Notes: a model not told the origin generated them from the letters alone. DNA of 64,000 nucleotides from Nitrosopumilus sp. (GCA_965206745.1 OZ242220.1:1664001-1728000), one strand, 5' to 3'; positions 40,014-49,929 are shown, counted from the first letter of the stretch. Program-made: numbers and translations.

Positions 40014-41747
40014 TTATGCAGGATTCGAGATTCGTCCCATGAACAGGATCATTCCACTCTCATCATCCTGTATGACAAATAGAAATGGATGATCGGCGAT
40101 GAATTTGGGTGGGGGTGGGGGGGTGGGTGATACTGATTCAATTGTAGAAATAATAGTAGTTACAGCTGCCGCCTCGGTTCCTTCCTCATTTACCTTTACA
40201 TATGCATCTTGAACTGCCTCGGTTACATGCAGATTCCCACCGTTAGTGGATCCAATGCCTGATAAATCCGCATCACCACTAGAAAAAACATCAGGCATGC
40301 CCATTGCAGTCAGGTGATTACCTAATTTGTAATTTGTTCTTGTCTCAAATTTCGGAATCGAGACTATTACCTCCTGATTCCATAGGTTATCAGTCCACTT
40401 TTGTATCTGTTGGACCGACAGAGACTCTTCAAACTGTCTCATATCCGGATCGTCAGGTAAAATTACCAGCATGGATAACCGGTCACCCTCATATGGCATC
40501 TTTAGTACCTTGGCACCATCTGAATATACATAATTGAACATACTAACAACATTCATAAAATCTGTATTGACACTTTGCGTGTCATCTGTATAAAACTCTG
40601 ATTTTTTTGTATCCTCCTCTGCAAACTGTGTCAACCAGGTTCCCTTGAAATAGATTGCATTGTTTATCACCATTGCTGTATCTCCGTTTACATCACTTTT
40701 TCTTATTACCTCGGTAATCTTGCCGTGGGTTTTCTCAGCAGCCCAATCATTTATTCTATTTATACTGTCATCCTCATCTGAAAAGTTCACTGTCTGTGCA
40801 TCTGCAAGGTATGTGCTCCGTGTAATATCAAGATAGGATTCGTATGGTGCAAACCAGTTTGCAATCCACAGTGCGTTTGCCATATTTAGTGTTGCGTAAT
40901 CATCATCACGATTCAGTGAGGATAGTGCATGGGCTGTGGCGTTGTGTCGTGTGAGTATGTCTGATTCAAATCCAAAGATATCCTCCATCTGCTGTGCTGT
41001 GTTTTCTTTGGCACCCTCGTACAAAAGCGAGAATGCGACATACAAGCTGGCAGGCGAATAGAATATGTTATTGCCTTCTTCTGCATCCAGAATTTGCTTG
41101 TAAAAGTCGACTGCAAATTCATTGTTTGCAGAGGATATGGATTCTGGGATTGTCTGTGTCCCGTTCTGTGATACGGCATCTACTGTAACTAGGGCGTTTG
41201 GAGGTGGTGTTTGGCTCGGGGTAGTAGGAGACGAAGTGTATGTCTGTGGTGTTTGGCTTGGAGCTTCCGGAGACGAGGTGTCTGTCTGTGCTGTTTGGTT
41301 TGAATCTGCAGGGGATAGAGTATCTGTCTGTGCTGTTTGGTTTGAACCCAATTGCTTAACCGGTCCAACCAGCTCCACATGATACGGAATATCACCAAAT
41401 CGTTCCTTCAATCCTGTCATTACATCATTAAACGCATATTCACAATCTTCACATATTCCTATGTATAACGTATCTATTCCATCAATGCTCATGATACCTA
41501 ACATGTTGATAGGTACACCATCAAACACACTTGCAATAGGATCAGTACTATTACCATAGAATACATCACCCATAATGGCATCTGCTTGCAACAATTCATC
41601 AGATATCCCAACGCGTTCAATATAGACAGAATCTTCTTCAGGTATCGTTTGTACTGTTTGTACCGTCTGTACCATTGCTGTTAATCCTATAAACGAGATT
41701 GACACCAATACGGCTGTTAAAATTATTATTTTCTTACTAGATACCAA
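40014..41747 (-). CDS. Serpin (type A N-terminus with acidic CEDC domain and S/T/P linker)
   Basis: NIFYSP, NAIYFKGTW, VNEEGTEAAAVT hinge, FIADHPFLF, ILFMGRI. Confidence 0.95.
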   Translation of the reverse strand: MVSSKKIIILTAVLVSISFIGLTAMVQTVQTVQTIPEEDSVYIERVGISDELLQADAIMGDVFYGNSTDPIASVFDGVPINMLGIMSIDGIDTLYIGICEDCEYAFNDVMTGLKERFGDIPYHVELVGPVKQLGSNQTAQTDTLSPADSNQTAQTDTSSPEAPSQTPQTYTSSPTTPSQTPPPNALVTVDAVSQNGTQTIPESISSANNEFAVDFYKQILDAEEGNNIFYSPASLYVAFSLLYEGAKENTAQQMEDIFGFESDILTRHNATAHALSSLNRDDDYATLNMANALWIANWFAPYESYLDITRSTYLADAQTVNFSDEDDSINRINDWAAEKTHGKITEVIRKSDVNGDTAMVINNAIYFKGTWLTQFAEEDTKKSEFYTDDTQSVNTDFMNVVSMFNYVYSDGAKVLKMPYEGDRLSMLVILPDDPDMRQFEESLSVQQIQKWTDNLWNQEVIVSIPKFETRTNYKLGNHLTAMGMPDVFSSGDADLSGIGSTNGGNLHVTEAVQDAYVKVNEEGTEAAAVTTIISTIESVSPTPPPPPKFIADHPFLFVIQDDESGMILFMGRISNPA

Positions 41748-41930
41748 TGCAAATCAAACATTCTGAAAATATATAACAATGTCGAATGATTTGATCCTGA
41801 AGTTTGGGTGTATTGTTCAGATCACTTGTGGAAGAATTTGAGAACGCTCCAATCTGGCAAGTGAAACCTCCATTCAATTAAACAGTGTACATCTGATCAC
41901 TAATCTTGATCAGAGCCTATCAGTACAGAC

Positions 41931-43595
41931 TTAGGATGCAGGATTCGAGATTCTCCCCATGAACAGGATCATGCCGCTCTCATCATCCTGTATGACAAAT
42001 AGAAATGGATGATCGGCGATGAATTTGGGTGGGGGCGGAGGTACTGAGGTATACACAGATATAATAGTAGTCACGGCTGCCGCCTCGGTTCCTTCCTCAT
42101 TTACCTTTACATACGCGTCCTGAACAGCCTTGCTCACATACAGATTTCCACCTTCAGTGGATACAATGCCTGACAAATCTGCAACACCACTGATAAAAAC
42201 ATCAGGCATTCCCATTGCAATCAGAGGATCATTTAATTGGTATTTTGTTCTTGTCTCAAATTTTGGCATCGAGACTATTAACTCCTGATTCCACAGGTTA
42301 TCAGTCCACTTTTGTATCTGTTGGGCAGACAGAGACTCTTCAAATTCTCTCATATCCGGATCGTCAGGTAAGATTACCAGCATGGACAGCCTGTCACCCT
42401 TGTACGGCATCTGAAGCACTTTAGCACCGTCTGAATGGGTGTAGTTAAATCCACCTCTCATATTCATAAAATCTGTATTGACACTTTGCGTGTCACCTGT
42501 ATAAAACTCTGATTTTTTTGTATCCTCCTCTGCAAACTGTATCAGCCAGGTTCCCTTGAAATAGATTGCATTGTTTATCACCATTGCTGTGCCTCCGTTT
42601 ACATCATTTTTGCCTATTACCTCGGTAATCTTGTCATTGGTTTTCTCAGCGGCCCAATCATTTATCCTCTTTACACTGTCATTTTCATCTGTAAAGTCCA
42701 CTGTCTGTGAATCTGCAAGATATGAGCTTCGTGTAATATCAAGATAGGATTCGTATGGTGCAAACCAGTCTGCAATCCACAGTGCGTTTGCCATGTTTAG
42801 TGTTGCGTAATCATCATCACGGTTCAACGAGGATAGCGCATGGGCTGTGGCGTTTTGTCGTGCAAATGCGTCTGATTCAAACCCAAAGACATGTGCCATC
42901 TGCTGTGCTGTATTTTCTTTGGCACCCTCGTACAAAAGCGAGAATGCAACATACATGCTGGCAGGTGAATAGAATATGTTTTTGCCTACCTCTGTATCTA
43001 GAATTTGCTTGTAAAAGTCGACTGCAAATTGATTATTTGCAGAGGATATGGATTCTGGGATTCTCTGTGGTCCGTTCTGTGATACGGCATCTACTGTAAC
43101 TAGGGCGTTTGGAGGTGGTGTTTGGCTTGAATCTGCAGGGAGTCGAATGCCTGACTGTGCTGTTCCATTGGAATCCATGTACCATGGAGCAGGCAATGGT
43201 TGAGCCGGTGGAATCATCTCCACATAATATGGAATATCGCCAAATCGTTCCTTCAATCCTGTCATTACATCATTAAACGCATATTCACAATCTTCACATA
43301 TTCCTATGTATAACGTATCTATTCCATCAATGGACGCGATACCTAACATGTGAATAGGTACACCATCAAACACACTTGCAATAGGATCAGTACTAGTACC
43401 AAATAATACATCAGTCATAATATGCTCTGCTTGCAACAATTCATCAGATACCCCAACGCGTTCAATATAGATAGAATCTTCTTCTTCAGGTATCGTTTGT
43501 ACTGTTTGTACCGTTTGTACCATTACTGTCAATCCTATAAACAAGATTGACACCAATACGGCCGTTAAAATTATTATTTTCTTACTAGATACCAA
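41931..43595 (-). CDS. Serpin (type A)
   Basis: Same serpin motifs; RCL TTIISVYTSVPPPPP. Confidence 0.95.
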   Translation of the reverse strand: MVSSKKIIILTAVLVSILFIGLTVMVQTVQTVQTIPEEEDSIYIERVGVSDELLQAEHIMTDVLFGTSTDPIASVFDGVPIHMLGIASIDGIDTLYIGICEDCEYAFNDVMTGLKERFGDIPYYVEMIPPAQPLPAPWYMDSNGTAQSGIRLPADSSQTPPPNALVTVDAVSQNGPQRIPESISSANNQFAVDFYKQILDTEVGKNIFYSPASMYVAFSLLYEGAKENTAQQMAHVFGFESDAFARQNATAHALSSLNRDDDYATLNMANALWIADWFAPYESYLDITRSSYLADSQTVDFTDENDSVKRINDWAAEKTNDKITEVIGKNDVNGGTAMVINNAIYFKGTWLIQFAEEDTKKSEFYTGDTQSVNTDFMNMRGGFNYTHSDGAKVLQMPYKGDRLSMLVILPDDPDMREFEESLSAQQIQKWTDNLWNQELIVSMPKFETRTKYQLNDPLIAMGMPDVFISGVADLSGIVSTEGGNLYVSKAVQDAYVKVNEEGTEAAAVTTIISVYTSVPPPPPKFIADHPFLFVIQDDESGMILFMGRISNPAS

Positions 43596-43867
43596 TGCAA
43601 ATCAAACATTCTGAAAATATATAACAATGTCGAATGATTTGACCCTGAAATTTGGGAGTTTTGTCAAGTGTGTTAGACATCAAATATGGATTCTTTGAAT
43701 TCAAACTCTGAGAATGGCTCGGATCATAAATGGTGATCTGATCACTAATCTTGACTAGAACCGAGTGGAACATTGTTTGACCAAGATCATGGATCAGTTA
43801 AATCAAAGCAATGATTCTAGCAGTGAATAATAGATAGCCTTTTTTTCAACCCTTCTAAGGTACTAAC

Positions 43868-44140
43868 ATGAAAAAAATAGTCGTAATTCTCATATGTTTG
43901 ACCATACCAATCCAGATACTCGTGATATCTGGAATAGTTCTAAAGGGTGCTCCTTTCTGTTATATGGGTGCTCCTCCATTACAGGAAGGTATGGCTACAA
44001 CACAGCAATATAGTTTGCAATGCTATTGGGAAATATACGCTTCTGAATCATATTTGCTTTTACCTGTAATCATAGTGACACTGCCTGTAATGTTGACAGT
44101 TTTCCTAATCCATTATGTGAAAAACCGTAGAAGAGTTTGA
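43868..44140 (+). CDS. Two-TM variable-loop membrane protein
   Basis: Loop CYMGAPPLQEGMATTQQYSLQC; flanked by P sites. Confidence 0.8.
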   Translation: MKKIVVILICLTIPIQILVISGIVLKGAPFCYMGAPPLQEGMATTQQYSLQCYWEIYASESYLLLPVIIVTLPVMLTVFLIHYVKNRRRV

Positions 44141-44305
44141 GATTCTTTCCAGTTTTAGTTGATTGGTCATACAGAAATGGATCTTCAAATCATATGAATA
44201 ATTTTATTGCGAAATTATCAGTCAATTATATGCCTGAAGATGACTGGGACTCATCACAAACGGTGATCTGATCACTAATATTGACTAGAGCCTATCAGTA
44301 TCGAC

Positions 44306-45637
44306 TTAGGATGTAGGATTCGAGATACGTCCCATAAATAGAATCATTCCGCTCTCATCATCCTGTATGACAAATAGAAATGGATGATCGGCGATGAATC
44401 TCGGTAAAGGAGGTGGGGCAGATACGATTGGAGAAACAATAATGGTAGTCACAGCTGCCGCCTCGGTGCCCTCTTCATTTACCTTTACATACGCATCATG
44501 AATTGCCTGGCTTACAAACAGATCTGCAAATCCAATGCCTGACAAATCTGCACCACCACGGGTAAAAACATCAGGCATCCCCATACTAGCTAGGGGACCG
44601 TTTAAAGAATATTTTGTCTTTGTCTCAAATTTTGGCATCGAGACTATTACCTCCTGATTCGACAGGTTATCTGTCCACTTCTGTATCTGCTGGGCAGACA
44701 AGGACTCTTCAAACTGTCTCATATCAGGATCGTCAGGCAAAATTACCAGCATGGACAGCCTGTCACCCTTGTACGGCATCTGAAGTACCTGGGCACCGTC
44801 TGAATGGATGTAGTTAAACGCACTTTTCACATTCATAAAATCTGCATTGACGCTGTCTGTGGAGTTTGTATGAAACTCTGATTTTTTTGTATCCTCCTCT
44901 GCAAACTGTGTCAACCAGGTTCCCTTGAAATAGATTGCATTGTTTATCACCATTACTGTATCTATGTGTACATCACTTTTTCTTATTACCTCGGTAATCT
45001 TGTCATTGGTTTTCTCAGCGGCCCAATCATTTATCCTCTTTACACTGCCATCCTTATCATCTCCAAAGTCCAATGTCTGTGCCCCTGCAAGGTAGGTGCT
45101 GCGTGCAATATCCAGATAGGATTCGTATGGTGCAAACCAGCCTGCCATCCACAGTGCGTTTGCCATTTCTAGTGTTGCATAGTCATCATCACGGTTCAAC
45201 GAGGATAGTGCATGGGCTGTGGTGTTTTGTCGTGCAAATGCATCTGATTCAAACCCAAAGACATCCTCCATCTGCTGCGCTGTGTCTTGTTTGGCACCCT
45301 CGTACAAAAGCGAGAATGCGACATACATGCTGGCAGGTGAGTAGAATATGTTTTTGCCTTTTTCTGCATCCAGAATTTGCTTGTAAAAGTCGACTGCAAA
45401 TTCATTGTTTGTAGAGGATATGGATTCTGGGATTGTCTGTGGTCCGTATTGTGATACGGCATCTACTGTAACTAGGGCATTTGGAGGTGGTGTTTGGCTC
45501 GGGGTAGTAGGAGACGAGGTGTCTGTCTGTGCTGTTTGGCTTGGGGCTGCAGGAGACGAGGTGTCTGTAGAACTAAACAATGCAATTGAGGCTGCAACTA
45601 GTACTGCACATATTGCAACAATGACGAGTTTATTCAC
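44306..45637 (-). CDS. Serpin (type B short N-terminus)
   Basis: Serpin motifs; RCL TTIIVSPIVSAPPPLP. Confidence 0.95.
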   Translation of the reverse strand: MNKLVIVAICAVLVAASIALFSSTDTSSPAAPSQTAQTDTSSPTTPSQTPPPNALVTVDAVSQYGPQTIPESISSTNNEFAVDFYKQILDAEKGKNIFYSPASMYVAFSLLYEGAKQDTAQQMEDVFGFESDAFARQNTTAHALSSLNRDDDYATLEMANALWMAGWFAPYESYLDIARSTYLAGAQTLDFGDDKDGSVKRINDWAAEKTNDKITEVIRKSDVHIDTVMVINNAIYFKGTWLTQFAEEDTKKSEFHTNSTDSVNADFMNVKSAFNYIHSDGAQVLQMPYKGDRLSMLVILPDDPDMRQFEESLSAQQIQKWTDNLSNQEVIVSMPKFETKTKYSLNGPLASMGMPDVFTRGGADLSGIGFADLFVSQAIHDAYVKVNEEGTEAAAVTTIIVSPIVSAPPPLPRFIADHPFLFVIQDDESGMILFMGRISNPTS

Positions 45638-45793
45638 GATACAATCACGTATGGCTAGCGCTATATATTGTCCCCATCAGAGACTATAACCCAAAATACA
45701 TGAGAGCCTGTAGAAACAGGCGAGTGAGACCTCCACTCAATTAAACAATGTACATCTGATCACAGTATTTGACTAGAGCCTATCAGTACCGAC

Positions 45794-47107
45794 TTAGGAT
45801 GTAGGATCCGAAATTCTCCCCATGAATAGGATCATGCCGCTCTCATCATCCTGTATGACAAATAGAAATGGATGATCGGCGATGAAGGAAGGTGGTTGCG
45901 GTTGTTCTGACGTAGATTCAATAAGAAGAGCAGTTACAGCTGCTGCCTCTGTTCCTTCCTCATTTACCTTTACATAAGCACCTTGAGTTGCCTTGCTCAC
46001 AAACAGATTCCCACCTGGAGAAATTCCAATCCCTGTCAAATCCGCATCACCACTAGAAAAAACATCAGGCATTCCCATTGCAATTAGATGATCATTTAAT
46101 TGATAGTTTGTCCTTGTCTCAAATTTTGGCATCGAGACTATTACTTTCTGATTTGACAGATTATCAGTCCATTTCTGTATCTGTTGGGCAGACAGAGACT
46201 CTTCAAACTGTCTCATATCAGGATCGTCAGGCAAAATTACCAGCATGGACAGCCTGTCACCCTTGTACGGCATCTTTAGTACCTTGGCACCGTCTGAATG
46301 AGTGTAGCCAAATATATTTTCTTCATTCATAAAATCTGCATTAACACTGTCTGTGGCATCTGTATGAAACTCTGATTTTTTTGTATCCTCTTCTGCAAAC
46401 TGTATCAACCAGGTTCCCTTGAAATAGATTGCATTGTTTATCACCATTGCTGTATCATTGTTTACAGTGTTAGGTCCTATTATTTTTGGAATCTTGCCAC
46501 GAGTTTTTTCTGCCGCCCAATCATTTATTCTATCTACACTGTCAGTCTCATCTTCAAAGTCCACTGTCTGTGAATCTGCAAGGTATGTGCTTCGTGTAAT
46601 ATCAAGATAGGATTCGTATGGTGCAAACCAGTCTGCAATCCACAGTGCGTTTGCCATTTCTAGTATTGCGTAATCATCATCACGGTTCAACGAGGATAGT
46701 GCATGTGCTGTGGCGTTGTGTCGTGCAAATGCGTCTGATTCAAACCCAAAGACATCCTCTATCTGCTGTGCCGTGTTTTCTTTGGCACCCTCGTACAAAA
46801 GCGAGAATGCAACATACAAGCTGGCAGGGGAATAAAATATGTTTTTGCCTGATTCTTCATCCAGAATTTGCTTGTAAAAGTCGACTGCAAATTGATTGTT
46901 TGCAGAGGATATGGATTCTGGGATTCTCTGTGGTCCGTTCTGTGATACGGCATCTACTGTAACTAGTGCGTTTGGAGGTGCTGTTTGGCTTGGGGTAGCA
47001 GGGGATAGGGTGTCTGTCTGTGGTGTTTGGCTTGAGTCCACATAGTACAATGCAACAGTGGCAACGACTAGTACTGTACATATTGCGACAATGATGCCTT
47101 TGTTCAT
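45794..47107 (-). CDS. Serpin (type B)
   Basis: Serpin motifs; RCL TALLIESTSEQPQPP. Confidence 0.95.
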   Translation of the reverse strand: MNKGIIVAICTVLVVATVALYYVDSSQTPQTDTLSPATPSQTAPPNALVTVDAVSQNGPQRIPESISSANNQFAVDFYKQILDEESGKNIFYSPASLYVAFSLLYEGAKENTAQQIEDVFGFESDAFARHNATAHALSSLNRDDDYAILEMANALWIADWFAPYESYLDITRSTYLADSQTVDFEDETDSVDRINDWAAEKTRGKIPKIIGPNTVNNDTAMVINNAIYFKGTWLIQFAEEDTKKSEFHTDATDSVNADFMNEENIFGYTHSDGAKVLKMPYKGDRLSMLVILPDDPDMRQFEESLSAQQIQKWTDNLSNQKVIVSMPKFETRTNYQLNDHLIAMGMPDVFSSGDADLTGIGISPGGNLFVSKATQGAYVKVNEEGTEAAAVTALLIESTSEQPQPPSFIADHPFLFVIQDDESGMILFMGRISDPTS

Positions 47108-47209
47108 TAAACGATTACTCCATATGGCTTATGCTCGACATTGTCCCCCATCAGATATGATAACCCAAAAGATGTGTGCTCCTGCAGAAACAAACGAGGC
47201 ATCAATGCA

Positions 47210-47370
47210 GTTATTATTTTCTTATTAAATATCAATGCAAATCAAGCATTCTGAAAATATATAAGAATGTCGAATGATTTGATCCTGAAGTTTGGGTATA
47301 CTGTTTAGATCACTTGTGGAAGAATTTGAGAACATTTCAATCTGACAAGTGAGACCTCCACTCAATTAAC
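47210..47370 (-). pseudogene. Orphan promoter and first codons of a deleted type A serpin
   Basis: Matches 41722..41880 and 43570..43655, with no serpin body following. Confidence 0.65.
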
Positions 47371-47418
47371 AGAGCCTTGAAAAGATATATGTAAATATTT
47401 TCAAAAAAGAAGATAGCC

Positions 47419-47556
47419 ATGCCAAAGTTCTCGAGCCAACTTGAAGCATTAGAAATTCTAAGCGATGCTGAACTGATCAATGAATTAACACAGAGTAGTA
47501 AAGAAGCTAAAAAAGGCAGGACAGTGCCATGGAAGGAAGTAAAGATTTCTGCATGA
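47419..47556 (+). pseudogene. C-terminal fragment of a RelB/Phd-like antitoxin
   Basis: LEALEILSDAELINELTQSSKEAKKGRTVPWKEVK; upstream in-frame NRALKRYM* is broken by a stop; the stop overlaps the next ATG. Confidence 0.5.
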
Positions 47557-47834
47557 AAAATATAGGCGAAATTCTCATATGTTTAACCATACCACTCCAG
47601 ATATCCCTGATGCCGGGAATAATTCTAAGTGATGGTCCTTTCTGTTATTATGGCAGTCTTCCATCTCCATTTCCAGAGCTTTACAATATTCCCTCTGTCG
47701 AAGTTACTCTATGTTCTTGGGAAATAAGTGCCTTTTTTGAATCATATTCGGTTTTACCTGTAACTATAATAACACTGCCTGTAATGTTGGCAGTTTTCCT
47801 AATTCATTATGTGAAAAACCGTAGAAGAGTTTGA
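47553..47834 (+). CDS. Two-TM variable-loop membrane protein
   Basis: Start MKNIGEIL by alignment; loop CYYGSLPSPFPELYNIPSVEVTLC. Confidence 0.8.
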   Translation: MKNIGEILICLTIPLQISLMPGIILSDGPFCYYGSLPSPFPELYNIPSVEVTLCSWEISAFFESYSVLPVTIITLPVMLAVFLIHYVKNRRRV

Positions 47835-47993
47835 GATTCTTTCCAGTCTTAGTTGATTTGTCATACAAAAATGGATCTTCAAATCATATGAATAATTTTA
47901 TTGTAAGATTACTGATCAGTGATGTGCCTGAACTGAAGCTCTGACAAATGGTGATCAGATCGCTGTATTTGACCAGAGCCTATCAGTACCGAC

Positions 47994-49589
47994 TTAGGAT
48001 GTAGGATTTGAGATTCGTCCCATGAATAGGATCATGCCGCTCTCATCATCCTGTATGACAAATAGAAATGGATGATCGGCGATGAATTTAGGTGGGGGTG
48101 GGGGGGCAGGTGATAATGAATCAGTTGTAACAATAACAGTAGTTACAGCTGCTGCCTCTGTTCCCTCTTCGTTTATCTTTACATACGCATCTTGCATTGC
48201 TTGGCTTACATACAAGTTTACAACTTCAGTGGACGCAATCCCTGACAAATCTGCAACACGACTAGAAAAAACATCAGGCATCCCCATACTAATTAGTGGA
48301 TTGTTTAAAGAATATTTTGTCTTTGTCTCAAATTTCGGAATCGAGACTATTACCTCCTGATCCCACAGGTTATCAGTCCACTTTTGTATCTGTTGGACAG
48401 ACAATGACTCTTCAAACTGTCTCATGTCAGGATCGTCAGGCAAAATTACCAGCATGGACAGCCTGTCGCCCTTGTACGGCATCTGAAGCACTTGGGCACC
48501 GTCTGAATGGGTGTAGTTAAACGCACTTCTCACATTCATAAAATCTGCATTGATGCCGTGTATGGAATTTGTATGAAACTCTGATTCCCTTGTATCCTCC
48601 TCTGCAAATTGTGTCAACCAAGTTCCCTTGAAATAGATTGCATTGTTTAGCACCATCGCTGTATCTGCGTTTACAGCTTCAGGTCCTATTATTTTTGGAA
48701 TCTTGTCACGAGTTTTTTCTGCCGCCCAATCATTTATTCTATTTACACTGTCATCCTCATCTGTAAAGTCCACTGTCTGTGCATCTGCAAGATATGAGCT
48801 TCGTGTAATATCAAGATAGGATTCGTATGGTGCAAACCAGTTCGCAATCCACAGTGCGTTTGCCATTTCTAGTGTTGTGTAATCATCATCACGGTTCAAC
48901 GAGGATAGTGCATGGGCTGTGGCGTTTTGTCGTGCAAATGCGTCTGATTCAAACCCAAAGACATCCTCCATCTGCTGTGCCGTGTTTTCTTTGGCACCCT
49001 CGTACAAAAGCGAGAATGCGACATACATGCTGGCAGGTGAGTAGAATATGTTTTTGCCTTTTTCTGCATCCAGAATTTGCTTGTAAAAGTCGACTGCAAA
49101 TTGATTGTTTGCAGAGGATGTGGATTCTGGGATTCTCTGTGGTCCGTTCTGTGATACGGCATCTACTGTAACTAGGGCGTTTGGAGGTGCTGTTTGGCTT
49201 GGGGTAGTAGGAGACGAGGTGTCTGTCTGTGGTGTTTGGCTTGGGGTAGTAGGAGACGAGGTGTCTGTCTGGGGTGTTTGGCTTGGGGCAGTAGGAGACG
49301 AGGTGTCTGTCTGTGGTGTTTGGCTTGGGGTAGTAGGAGACGAGGTGTCTGTCTGTGGTGTTTGGCTTGGGGTAGTAGGAGACGAGGTGTCTGTCTGGGG
49401 TGTTTGGCTTGGGGCAGTAGGAGACGAGGTGTCTGTCTGTGGTGTTTGGCTTGGGGTAGTAGGAGACGAGGTGTCTGTCTGGGGTGTTTGGCTTGGGGCA
49501 GTAGGAGACGAGGTGTCTGTAGAACTAAACAATGCAATCGAGGCTACAACTAGTACCGCACATATTGCGACAATGACTAGTTTATTCAC
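47994..49589 (-). CDS. Serpin (type B) with 8 x 14-aa mucin-like repeats
   Basis: Serpin motifs; RCL TTVIVTTDSLSPAPPPPP. Confidence 0.95.
   Translation of the reverse strand: MNKLVIVAICAVLVVASIALFSSTDTSSPTAPSQTPQTDTSSPTTPSQTPQTDTSSPTAPSQTPQTDTSSPTTPSQTPQTDTSSPTTPSQTPQTDTSSPTAPSQTPQTDTSSPTTPSQTPQTDTSSPTTPSQTAPPNALVTVDAVSQNGPQRIPESTSSANNQFAVDFYKQILDAEKGKNIFYSPASMYVAFSLLYEGAKENTAQQMEDVFGFESDAFARQNATAHALSSLNRDDDYTTLEMANALWIANWFAPYESYLDITRSSYLADAQTVDFTDEDDSVNRINDWAAEKTRDKIPKIIGPEAVNADTAMVLNNAIYFKGTWLTQFAEEDTRESEFHTNSIHGINADFMNVRSAFNYTHSDGAQVLQMPYKGDRLSMLVILPDDPDMRQFEESLSVQQIQKWTDNLWDQEVIVSIPKFETKTKYSLNNPLISMGMPDVFSSRVADLSGIASTEVVNLYVSQAMQDAYVKINEEGTEAAAVTTVIVTTDSLSPAPPPPPKFIADHPFLFVIQDDESGMILFMGRISNPTS
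49185..49520 (-). repeat. 42-bp tandem repeat x8 (TDTSSPT[TA]PSQTPQ)
   Basis: Visible in DNA and protein. Confidence 0.95.
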
Positions 49590-49749
49590 GATACAATCAC
49601 GTATGGCTCGCGCTATATATTGTCCCCATCAGATACTATAACCCAAAAGACATGGGAGCCTACAGAAACAGACGAGTAAAACCCCCATTCAATTAAACAA
49701 TGCAAAGATTACAAAAAACTTAAAGCAATGTATGAGAAGATGAAGTCTG

Positions 49750-49929
49750 ATGGCAGAATCCCCTGATACCAGACCGCCTCTGGAACCGACTATAACTTAC
49801 TATGACGAAAAGTTCCACCCTGTCGAAAAACGTGAGGATGCTGCTTGGGAGAGAAAACTTGTCAGAGATGAGGAAGACGGCGAATTGGCCTTTGAGACTC
49901 TGCGAATCGATATGGAATTTAACGAATAA
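49750..49929 (+). CDS. 59-aa acidic protein within the direct repeat (copy 2)
   Basis: MAESPDTRPPLEPTITYYDEKFHPVEKREDAAWERKLVRDEEDGELAFETLRIDMEFNE. Confidence 0.65.
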   Translation: MAESPDTRPPLEPTITYYDEKFHPVEKREDAAWERKLVRDEEDGELAFETLRIDMEFNE

